From: an uncultured archaeon
Lineage (GTDB): Archaea; Micrarchaeota; Micrarchaeia; Micrarchaeales; CABMGC01
Reading direction: 5' to 3'
NCBI GenBank assembly: GCA_963704435.1
Contig: OY969902.1
Span: forward strand, 820,978 to 852,977
Length of the DNA stretch: 32,000 nt
Shown: piece after piece, positions 17,092 to 24,751 of the stretch
Layout of the letters: every line of letters starts with the position of its first letter
Position numbering within the stretch: the first letter of the stretch is position 1
Position numbers and translations under genes: made by a program
The notes under the pieces: model-generated
Databases searched by the model: none
What the model was told of the DNA's origin: nothing
Seen by the model: the letters and a program-made list of their open reading frames with translations, nothing else

Positions 17092-17334
17092 TTATATGCC
17101 GATGCCGAATCCCAGCATTATCAGTATCGCGATGACGAAGGCGAAGATGAGTATCGTCTCAGGGAGCACCAGAAACAGCAGCGCCCTTCCGAACTCCTCT
17201 GGCTTCTCCGCGACGAGCCCCATTCCCGCGCTGCCTATCGCGGCCTGCGCCATGGCGGTTCCTATCGCCCCTCCGAGAATTGCCAATCCTGCTCCTATCG
17301 CTGCAACCGCAGCCTCCATTCCTAGTGCTACCAT
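17092..17334 (-). CDS. atpK: A-type ATP synthase subunit K (proteolipid c, single hairpin)
   Basis: 80 aa with two TM helices. It is Gly/Ala-rich (IGAGLAILGGAIGTAMAQAAIGSAG) and has the carboxylate in helix 2 (LVLPETILIF). Confidence 0.9.
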   Translation of the reverse strand: MVALGMEAAVAAIGAGLAILGGAIGTAMAQAAIGSAGMGLVAEKPEEFGRALLFLVLPETILIFAFVIAILIMLGFGIGI

Positions 17335-17339
17335 TCAAA

Positions 17340-19238
17340 TCACTCTTTAGTATAACGCCTCCTATAGCCGAACGGGCTGAACCTCACTCCTCCGCCCTCG
17401 TAGAACTTCGAGAAGAACTCGACGAAGTTGAGCCTTACCGCCTGCACTGAGCCTTCGAAAATGCCCAGGATCATATTCATGAAATGCAACAATATAAAGA
17501 TTACCAAGGTCAGGGAGAACGCCAGTATCCCGCTGCTGAGGGACGGCGTGAACGCCACGTCTATGAGCATGGCCGTCATCACGCTCGCGAGCCCGAATCC
17601 CATGAGCCGCGCATAGCTCAGCGGGTGGGATATGAGGCTCGTCATCTCCGTCGCCTCCATGCCGCTTAGCGCGACGGTGACCCCTGCCGACGCTATCGAA
17701 ACCGCGGCCGCGACTGTCGCGACGCCTGAGCTGAAGACCCCGAAGAACATGCCCGCGACCGCAACGGTGCCCGCGACCAGAAACGCGATGGACGTGACCT
17801 TGCTTGCGGCAAGCTTGAGATGGCCCTTCCTGTACTGGTTGACGAACCCAAACGACAGGCCGAGGACTATCTGCACGATTCCCAAGAGCACCGTGGCCGC
17901 AAGTATGGTGGTCAGGTCCTTGAGCCAGTCGAAGCCCGTGAAGCTAGTGAAGTAGTGGTTCAGCGGAAGGCCGAAGTACTGGTTCGAAAGGAAGCCGAAT
18001 AGGATTACGGATATGGAGCACATCTGCCATATCTTCGCGGTGTTGCAGACCAGGTCGTCGGGATTGGTTATCCTCGTGACCAGCGTGGCGAGCAGCAGGG
18101 ACATTAGGCCGTAACCGACGTCGGATATCATAAGGCCGTAGAAGATGGGGAACGTGATTATGAATATCCAGGTCGGGTCGATCTCGTCGCTCCTTGGCAC
18201 GTTCACGAAACTTACCAGGAAGTCGAACGGCTTCAGGAACCCCGGCCTCCTGACGAGCGTGGGCGCGAGCTCGTCCGTCTCCAGCGCATCCAGCGCGAAC
18301 TTGCCCCTGACGACCCTATTGAGGTCTTCGCGGAGCACGCCGAGGTTCTTCTTCACGATCCAGCCCTCCACTATGAAGGTCGAATCCGTCTTCTTGAAGT
18401 TCGCGCTCACGCCTGCCCTATCGGACTCGACGGAGAGCATCTCGACCATGCTGGCTATCTCCAGATAGCTCTTAGCGGCGTGCCCGTCGAGCCTGCAGCC
18501 GATTCCGGCCTTCTCCTCGGTAAGCTTGCGCTCGCGGGCGCGGAGCCGCCCCAGCACGTCCTCAGCCTTGCCGTCAAGGCTGCCGTTCTCGATGTCTATC
18601 TCATATACGCCGCCCAATCCGGTGATGCCCTCCAACGCATCAGCGGCGGCCCTCCTGTACGCGACGAAGAGCAGGAGACCTTCCTTGGTCTCCTTGCGTA
18701 TGACCTCGCAGTCGCCTTTTAGCTTCGCGAGCTCCGCTTCGACTTTCACTGACGCGCCCTTCGCAACGGAGAACGCCCTGAACTCGAGCACTCCGCTTCT
18801 GAGCTTCGAGAAGTCTATGCCAGTGCCCGTGAAGCGCTTCGCGAGCGCGGCCGCCTCCCTGACTCCACCGAGCTCGTTCTCTATCGCGTTCCTCCTCTCC
18901 TCGAGCGAGAAGACCTCGTCGACCGCTTTCAGGGACCGCGCCTTTGCCACCAGCCGCTCTCCGTCCAGCTGCCTGTGAGACGCGGCGTGGGCCCTGACCC
19001 TCTTCTCGTCAAGGTGCTTGTCCACGACGGTCCGCAGCCTCTTGTCAAGGTGCCTCTTCAGTATCGCCTCCGCGGACCCATACCTCACGAGCAGCTCAGA
19101 GACGGCCGGCACCTCCACAGCCGCGTCGTCCTGCGCCGGGAGTGCGCTCTTCCTTATGTCGACGACCCCCTTCTTGTGGAGCTCCTTTATGACCTCGTAC
19201 TTCCGGTTCTTGAGAGCGATTATTCTGATCTTCTGCAT
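17340..19238 (-). CDS. atpI: A-type ATP synthase subunit I (a-subunit, stator/ion channel)
   Basis: There is a soluble coiled-coil N-terminal half and a multi-TM C-terminal half containing the conserved Arg motif (HPLSYARLMGFGLAS). The track ORF starts at 19295, overlapping atpH by 38 nt. ATG 19238 (MQKIRIIALK...) is preceded by ggaggag and avoids the overlap. Confidence 0.9.
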   Translation of the reverse strand: MQKIRIIALKNRKYEVIKELHKKGVVDIRKSALPAQDDAAVEVPAVSELLVRYGSAEAILKRHLDKRLRTVVDKHLDEKRVRAHAASHRQLDGERLVAKARSLKAVDEVFSLEERRNAIENELGGVREAAALAKRFTGTGIDFSKLRSGVLEFRAFSVAKGASVKVEAELAKLKGDCEVIRKETKEGLLLFVAYRRAAADALEGITGLGGVYEIDIENGSLDGKAEDVLGRLRARERKLTEEKAGIGCRLDGHAAKSYLEIASMVEMLSVESDRAGVSANFKKTDSTFIVEGWIVKKNLGVLREDLNRVVRGKFALDALETDELAPTLVRRPGFLKPFDFLVSFVNVPRSDEIDPTWIFIITFPIFYGLMISDVGYGLMSLLLATLVTRITNPDDLVCNTAKIWQMCSISVILFGFLSNQYFGLPLNHYFTSFTGFDWLKDLTTILAATVLLGIVQIVLGLSFGFVNQYRKGHLKLAASKVTSIAFLVAGTVAVAGMFFGVFSSGVATVAAAVSIASAGVTVALSGMEATEMTSLISHPLSYARLMGFGLASVMTAMLIDVAFTPSLSSGILAFSLTLVIFILLHFMNMILGIFEGSVQAVRLNFVEFFSKFYEGGGVRFSPFGYRRRYTKE

Positions 19239-19257
19239 CTCCTCCGTGCGAAGCAAG

Positions 19258-19581
19258 TCATTCACCAAGAATAAGATCCGCGACCTTGCCAGCAACCCTG
19301 CCGAGGGCCTCCTTGCTTGCTTTCGTGTCCCTGACCTTCGCCGCCTCCTTCTGCGCGTCAGCGAGGGCCTTCCTGTTCTCCGCCTCGAGCCTCTTTATTG
19401 CCTCTTCGATCCTCGCGGTCCTCTGCTCAGTCGTCCTCTTCGCGGCGTTCTCCCCAATCTCCTTCGCCTTTGAGCCCGCCTCATCAATGATCCTCCTGGC
19501 CCTGAGGTTCGCCTTCTCCATCATGCCCTTCGCGGAAACCTCCGCCGCCTCAACGTTGCTTATCGATTCCATTCCGCCCAT
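19258..19581 (-). CDS. atpH: A-type ATP synthase subunit H (peripheral stalk)
   Basis: 107 aa, Ala/Glu/Lys/Arg-rich coiled coil (ANLRARRIIDEAGSKAKEIGENAAKRTTEQR...). It is the first gene of the operon, directly upstream of atpI as in the canonical atpHIKECFABD order. Confidence 0.75.
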   Translation of the reverse strand: MGGMESISNVEAAEVSAKGMMEKANLRARRIIDEAGSKAKEIGENAAKRTTEQRTARIEEAIKRLEAENRKALADAQKEAAKVRDTKASKEALGRVAGKVADLILGE

Positions 19582-19620
19582 TCTATCCCGTACAAAAAGC
19601 GAAGGTAATAGAGAATTGAC

Positions 19621-19630
19621 AAATTTATAA
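19621..19630 (-). promoter_or_regulatory. TATA-like box of the ATP synthase operon
   Basis: The minus strand reads ggTTATAAATTTg, centred about 45 nt upstream of atpH ATG 19581 in the only AT-rich intergenic stretch. Confidence 0.45.
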
Positions 19631-19699
19631 CCTTTTCTTCGTATAGGACAAACCCGTCAAGGAAGGTCCGATGAAGAAGTGGCTGTCCGCCTGGTTTAA

Positions 19700-20881
19700 C
19701 TATGGTTTGTGAAGCTCGGATATGAGCGTTAGTACGTTGACAAACCGCACTTTGCATGCGCCGACTTCGGCGCTGGCCCCTTCGCCATCTTTGAAGACGA
19801 CAAATCCTTTCTTGGACCTATACGATTCTATGAACTGTCGCATTCCCGCACCGACAGCGCCTTCCGGCGACCTCACTTTGACCTCTATGGGGGTTATCCG
19901 ATTCCCGTCTTGGACCACGAAATCCACTTCTGCCTTGCCTTTGGATTGCCAATACCTGACATTCTTCCCCGCTTTTATCAGTTCGGATAGCACATAATTC
20001 TCGAATATCCTGCCATTGAGTTCCGCACCCATTCGAAAATCATTAGCTACTGCGTTCCTGAGCCCTGTATCTAGGAAGTACAACTTGGGTTGCTTCGTTA
20101 TCTCCTTGAGCTTGTTCTTGTAAAAGGGCATGATCCGCACTATGAGATAGCTCTTTTCCATTGCGTCCATGTATTTCTTGACGGACTGGAAGGACAGACC
20201 GACGTCCCTGCATACGCTGTTGTACTGGATTAGGTTACCGACGTAATGTGACAGGTATGCTGCGAGCCTCTCCAGCGCACCCACGTCCTCTATCCTGAAA
20301 GTCCTTGACATATCCTTAAGCACCATCGTTTCGTACAGGTTCCTGAGGAGAGCCTCCTTGCTCTGGTTGTCGCTCTCCAGCACGACCTTGGGATAGCCTC
20401 CGTATGCGATGTGCTCATCCACGCTTCGCGACAGCATCTTCCCAGTGGTTTCCGCATACCCTTTTGTGGAAAGGAACTCCTCAAGGGAAAACGGATACAT
20501 CTTTATGACCGCTACTCTCCCCACGAGCCATGAAAGCACATCCTTGCCCAGTATCGTCTCAGAGGAAGACGTTATCCAGAGCCTTTTTCCGACATCGGCC
20601 AGATACTTCAGCTTTTGGCCAGGGTCTTTCCCGTACTGGACTTCGTCAAGGACCGCCAGCCTGCCACCTTGAAGGTACTGGTTCTCGAATTTCTTTATGT
20701 CAGAATCGAACATCTCCCTTACGTCGGGGTCGTCGAAGAAAAGATAGGATGCGCCTGACTTTTCCGAGAGCGCCTTAAGGAACGTCGTCTTTCCAGCCTG
20801 CCTTGGGCCCACGACGGCGACTATGCCATTGGCCTTTGCCGCGGAGACGAATTCCTTGGTAATGCCTCTTTCGACGTACAT
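19700..20881 (-). CDS. AAA+ ATPase (AAA_14-like) fused to a DUF4143/PD-(D/E)xK nuclease-like C-terminal domain (COG1373-type)
   Basis: Walker A VVGPRQAGKTT and Walker B-like LAVLDEVQ are present. The C-terminus KAEVDFVVQDGNRITPIEVK gives a D...E-x-K nuclease-fold signature. The track ORF begins at 20962, but I prefer ATG 20881 (MYVERGITKEF) because a TATA-like box sits 26 nt upstream of it. Confidence 0.85.
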   Translation of the reverse strand: MYVERGITKEFVSAAKANGIVAVVGPRQAGKTTFLKALSEKSGASYLFFDDPDVREMFDSDIKKFENQYLQGGRLAVLDEVQYGKDPGQKLKYLADVGKRLWITSSSETILGKDVLSWLVGRVAVIKMYPFSLEEFLSTKGYAETTGKMLSRSVDEHIAYGGYPKVVLESDNQSKEALLRNLYETMVLKDMSRTFRIEDVGALERLAAYLSHYVGNLIQYNSVCRDVGLSFQSVKKYMDAMEKSYLIVRIMPFYKNKLKEITKQPKLYFLDTGLRNAVANDFRMGAELNGRIFENYVLSELIKAGKNVRYWQSKGKAEVDFVVQDGNRITPIEVKVRSPEGAVGAGMRQFIESYRSKKGFVVFKDGEGASAEVGACKVRFVNVLTLISELHKP

Positions 20882-20902
20882 GATGCTTAGTTGCACGCCG
20901 TC

Positions 20903-20911
20903 ATTTATATG
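20903..20911 (-). promoter_or_regulatory. TATA-like box for the AAA+ ATPase gene (leaderless spacing)
   Basis: The minus strand reads acATATAAATga, centred about 26 nt upstream of ATG 20881. Confidence 0.4.
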
Positions 20912-20919
20912 TCTTTCTA

Positions 20920-20972
20920 CTAAAATTAAACTCAAGTTACAGTTTAGTCCAACTAAAATCAAACTAAAGTTA
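20920..20972. repeat. Two 20-nt direct repeats (18/20 identical), 33-nt period, immediately upstream of the ATPase TATA box
   Basis: ctaaaattaaactcaagtta (20920-20939) and ctaaaatcaaactaaagtta (20953-20972), separated by cagtttagtccaa. Confidence 0.85.
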
Positions 20973-21036
20973 AATTTCAGTAAAGGGCAGCGGCATTGCT
21001 TGGGCGTGCCGGCCCACAGCAGCGCGATTCCGAAGG

Positions 21037-23553
21037 CTAACCCGTCCCGTTGTATATTATCCTGAATATCTTCGTGTCAGGGTTGGCGTGCACCAGCTGC
21101 AGGCTGGCGAGGTTGTTGTCCCAAGGGCAAGAGCTGCTGCCGCACATGAAGAGGAACTTGACCAGGTTGGTGGCCATGATGCCGCTGCTCATGAGGTAGG
21201 CGTTGGTTATGTTCACCGGGATGTTGCCGTTCGGCACGCTCGAGTACATGATGAGAAGCGTGTCGTTGTTGGTCTGGTTGAACCCGGTCTGCGCGATTGA
21301 GGAGTATGTTGCGTTGTCCTCGTCGTAGAAGTCTATGTACTTGAACGGCGATATGCCGTTGTTAGGGAACACGAGGTAGCTCGTGAAGCTCCTGCCTCCG
21401 CTGACGTTGCGTATCACGGTCTGGGCATCGTACCCGTCGCCCGAGAACTCGAACAGCTGCGTCGTGGCGTTCATCCTCTCGCTTATGCTGGAGAACGGGC
21501 TGTAGCCGAAGACGTTGCTGCTGGCGTTTATCCCGGATTCGGTGAATATGCCCCCGCTCTCAAGCATCCACGTATCGCGCACTAGGAGATAGTCCGGCCT
21601 GCCATTGATGCTGCTGGTCAGGAACTGGGGGTCATCACTGGAGTTGAAGAGCCAATAGGCGAACGGGTCCGCCTTAGACGCGTTCTGCGACCCTACGCTG
21701 TCCGTGACGCTTGTGAGGTTCGCCACGCCCTCCACGACCGAGCCGTCTGGCCAGAGCGTGAGCACCACGCTGCTGCTGGCGGAGTTGTTCTTCAGCCATC
21801 CAACCGCGCTTATGAATGAGGGGTTTATGTTGTCCGCCGGGAAGAGCGACGGCAGGTACGACTGGCAGATGAATATCATGTAGATTACGATGGCTGCGAT
21901 GGCCACCAGGGACGCGAAGTAGAGAAGCTTGCGCCTCTTGCAGAACGTCGCTATCCAGTAGACGGTGTAGGCTCCGAATATCGACAGGGGCACGGACACC
22001 AGCGAGTTGAACCTTATCGCGTGCATCTGCAGGTAGGCGGTGAGCGCGAAGAACGAGATCAGCATCAGCAGCGGCTCGTCGAAGTCAAACTTTATCCTCG
22101 CGTTGCCCGTGTCGAGGCCTCCGCTGTCGTAGATCCGCATGAAGAGGTAGGGCAGGAATGTCAGCAGGAGCACCACCCACAATGCGACTATCAGGTCTTG
22201 CGCGTAGGTCGACGCCAGGATGATAATGCTCATCGGCGATGTGTACGTCTGCAGGCCGAAGCTCGATACGATGAACTGCGGTGTTGGCGGTTGCAGCTCC
22301 TGTATCGTCGAGGCGAAGCCGCTCGTAATCTCGAATCCGTTCGCCACGAATATCTGATAGACGAACCCAGGCAGGAGCAGGTATATGGCAAGGACGACCG
22401 CAAACGTGAACGCCACTGCGACCGCAAACCTGCCAGAATGGGTGTGCAGGAGGTTGCCCGGGATGACATGCTTGTGCCTTGCCTCCATAAGGTAGCTGAC
22501 GGCGTACCATCCCACAGCCATCGGTATGAACAGGTAGAAGAAGTATATGCCGGTGAAGGTCTGCCCTGAGAGTATGAATCCTGTTTGTATGTACGCGAAT
22601 ACCATCAGGAACCAGAACAGGAGCGCACCCAGCATGTACTTGCTGTCGTCAATCAGCTTCTTCCTATCGAACACGAACCCGAAGAGGAGTATCAGCGTGA
22701 ACGCCATGACGTACGTCGCGTTCGCAAACGATGCGCCGTTCCACACTGCGTTGCAGACGCTCAGGAAGAATCCCGAGAGGAGCATGTAAGCTACTTTTTT
22801 CTTTGTGCTAACTGCTTTGGAAATCTCGATTGCGAATATCAGTGCGATTATGAGGAATGCCGTCACGAAACTGTCTCCTCGATATATGAGGGCGCTGGTC
22901 CTCGCGGCGTTGCCCATGTTCAGCGCCAGGAACACCATCACGAGTATCCCGAACAGCTTGTCCTTGCTCAGGTACCGCGAGAGGAAGTATGCCCCTATGA
23001 CGTCGGCAATTCCGAACACTACAGGCATAAGCCGCATCACGGTGTAGTAGGTCACCCCGAAGAACCTCAGGAAGAAGTACGGCAACAGCGTCACCCAGTA
23101 CAGGCCGAACGGCTCGCCAACCCCCGCGTGGCTTGGCCAGCCGGATATGCCAAGTACGCTCGGCACCCTGAATCCGGCATTGATTGCTGCGCGGATGACT
23201 GAATAGTGGTAGTAGCCGTCTGGCTCGTAGAACCCGAAGAAGTGCAGCATCGATATGCGGAAATAGACTGTGAGAATAATGGCCGTCACGGCTCCCACTA
23301 TGAAAAGCACATTCCTGCAGTCCAACCCCGAAATCACGCCAGACTTCGAGGCGAAGGCCAGGGCCGCGATAGAGACCAACGCCAAGATAAGACCCGCAGC
23401 TGAAGTCAAATTCAATGACAGGCCGGAGGTCAGGATTAGAATTACACCAAGGACTATGCCTAAGCCCGAGGCGATTGCTAGACACAAGCTCAATGTAGAT
23501 TTTTTGGCCTGGTGACCAAGATGCTCATCAACGCTACTCAACAAATCACGCAA
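21037..23553 (-). CDS. aglB: GT-C fold membrane glycosyltransferase, probable STT3/AglB-type oligosaccharyltransferase with divergent catalytic motif
   Basis: 838-aa polytopic membrane protein. It has the first-loop acidic motif FYEPDGYYHYSVIR (23203-23226), like the EL1 D-x-D region of STT3/AglB. After the last TM comes AVGWLKNNSASSSVVLTLWPDGSVVEG. That context is the usual one for ...WL..N.....V.SWWDYG..., but with LWPDG (21742-21756) in place of WWDYG. A soluble Asn/Ser-rich C-terminal domain follows. The start is uncertain: the track uses TTG 23553, and there is no in-frame ATG until codon 102. Confidence 0.6.
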   Translation of the reverse strand: MRDLLSSVDEHLGHQAKKSTLSLCLAIASGLGIVLGVILILTSGLSLNLTSAAGLILALVSIAALAFASKSGVISGLDCRNVLFIVGAVTAIILTVYFRISMLHFFGFYEPDGYYHYSVIRAAINAGFRVPSVLGISGWPSHAGVGEPFGLYWVTLLPYFFLRFFGVTYYTVMRLMPVVFGIADVIGAYFLSRYLSKDKLFGILVMVFLALNMGNAARTSALIYRGDSFVTAFLIIALIFAIEISKAVSTKKKVAYMLLSGFFLSVCNAVWNGASFANATYVMAFTLILLFGFVFDRKKLIDDSKYMLGALLFWFLMVFAYIQTGFILSGQTFTGIYFFYLFIPMAVGWYAVSYLMEARHKHVIPGNLLHTHSGRFAVAVAFTFAVVLAIYLLLPGFVYQIFVANGFEITSGFASTIQELQPPTPQFIVSSFGLQTYTSPMSIIILASTYAQDLIVALWVVLLLTFLPYLFMRIYDSGGLDTGNARIKFDFDEPLLMLISFFALTAYLQMHAIRFNSLVSVPLSIFGAYTVYWIATFCKRRKLLYFASLVAIAAIVIYMIFICQSYLPSLFPADNINPSFISAVGWLKNNSASSSVVLTLWPDGSVVEGVANLTSVTDSVGSQNASKADPFAYWLFNSSDDPQFLTSSINGRPDYLLVRDTWMLESGGIFTESGINASSNVFGYSPFSSISERMNATTQLFEFSGDGYDAQTVIRNVSGGRSFTSYLVFPNNGISPFKYIDFYDEDNATYSSIAQTGFNQTNNDTLLIMYSSVPNGNIPVNITNAYLMSSGIMATNLVKFLFMCGSSSCPWDNNLASLQLVHANPDTKIFRIIYNGTG

Positions 23554-23666
23554 TGCACAGAAACGTATGCCTGTATGGTCAATTATTGTAATTTATTGGA
23601 ACCGCAGGTTTAAATGCTTCGCGCAATGCCTCTTGCTGGGGTTTTGAGACAGCTGCGCAGAGTCGA

Positions 23667-24632
23667 TTATTTCAGGTCCTGGCTGATTAAGGCGAAAGCA
23701 TTCTTTACGACCTCCTTTGAGGTCCTGAACTTCGGGGTGAACCCCAGTGCCTTGATCCGCGAGTTGTCCAGAAATGAGTCGGGGACGTCGCCGGGCCAGC
23801 CCTGCTCGCCTCCCGCGTACGCTATCCTAGCTCCCGGAGCGAACGTATCGATTGCAATCTGCGCTATTTCCGCTACTGTGGCCTGGTCGTCGGTCGCTAT
23901 GTTGTAGATGTTCTGCCTGTTTCCCGACTTTGCATGCGCAAAAAGCATCGCGTCGATGCAGTCGTCGACGTCGACATAGGACTTCCTCTGCCTCCCATCA
24001 CCCAGCACGGACAGCTCGGACGGGTTGGCCCTGAGCTTCCTCGCGAAATCTGGGACCACTCCATGCGTGGAGTTCCTCCCCGCGACGTTGGCGAACCTGT
24101 AGATGGAATAGCCAATCCCGAACAGGTGCGAGAAGGCGGTTATCATTCCCTCGGACGCGAGCTTCGAGGCGCCGTACAGCGAGATCGGCTTCAGCGGACC
24201 GTAGTCCTCCGGCGTCGGCCGTCTGTCTGCGGTCCCATATACCACGCTGGAAGAAGAGAAGATCAATTCGGGAACGTCGCACTTCCTGGCCGCCTCCAGC
24301 ACGTGGTATGTGAGCATCGTCCCCTGGTCTATGTCCGTCATCGTGTTTGCTGTGCCCTTGGGCACGTCCGCGCTGGCAGCCAGATGCACGATCATCGATA
24401 TGTCGCTCCTCCTGAGCTCGGACTCGAGCCTCCCCGAGTCGTGGAGATCGGCGTTGACGAATTCGAGTTTCCCTAAGGAGACGAGGTCCTCTACGAATGA
24501 GTAGCTGCCCGTGCACAGGTTGTCGTAAGCGACGACCTTCGAGCAGGTCTTCGCCAGCCTCCTGCACATCGCGCTGCCTATGAAGCCGGCCCCGCCGGTC
24601 ACCAGTATCCTTGCGTTCTCTATGGCGCCCAT
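23667..24632 (-). CDS. NAD-dependent nucleotide-sugar epimerase/dehydratase (extended SDR family)
   Basis: 321 aa. It has the Rossmann motif ILVTGGAGFIGS, the catalytic YGASK (YxxxK), and SSSVVYG. Specificity (4-epimerase versus dehydratase/decarboxylase) cannot be called by eye. Confidence 0.9.
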   Translation of the reverse strand: MGAIENARILVTGGAGFIGSAMCRRLAKTCSKVVAYDNLCTGSYSFVEDLVSLGKLEFVNADLHDSGRLESELRRSDISMIVHLAASADVPKGTANTMTDIDQGTMLTYHVLEAARKCDVPELIFSSSSVVYGTADRRPTPEDYGPLKPISLYGASKLASEGMITAFSHLFGIGYSIYRFANVAGRNSTHGVVPDFARKLRANPSELSVLGDGRQRKSYVDVDDCIDAMLFAHAKSGNRQNIYNIATDDQATVAEIAQIAIDTFAPGARIAYAGGEQGWPGDVPDSFLDNSRIKALGFTPKFRTSKEVVKNAFALISQDLK

Positions 24633-24751
24633 TCCAACAGAAGCATTTGCATTGGAAAGAATATAATAGGGCCATCAAGTTAGTGGAATGTGACTGGTCG
24701 AAAGGAATATCAACCAATCAAATGCAACTATAACTCATCGGTGCACTCAGG
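24633..24751. promoter_or_regulatory. Divergent promoter region (epimerase leftward, four-gene GT operon rightward)
   Basis: gaaagaatataatagg (24655-24670) is centred about 31 nt from the minus ATG 24632. caactataactc (24725-24736) lies about 22 nt upstream of the plus ATG 24752. Confidence 0.4.

Noticed and set aside
19560-19757. 65-aa minus ORF spanning the atpH promoter region.
   Set aside because: It overlaps the atpH start and the 3' end of the ATPase gene. It has no motifs, and the region is better explained as promoter/terminator spacer.
20920-20972. Possible CRISPR array or MITE, suggested by the repeated 20-mers.
   Set aside because: There are only two copies. The 13-nt spacer is far too short for CRISPR, there are no cas genes, and I could not see terminal inverted repeats or target-site duplications. 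I kept it as a promoter-proximal direct repeat instead.
22021-23202. Plus-strand ORFs 22021..22569 and 22585..23202 (182 and 205 aa) and minus off-frame ORFs 22085..22510 and 22808..23485.
   Set aside because: They are antisense or off-frame to the 838-aa polytopic membrane protein. The translations are charged and Arg/His/Glu-rich with no motifs.
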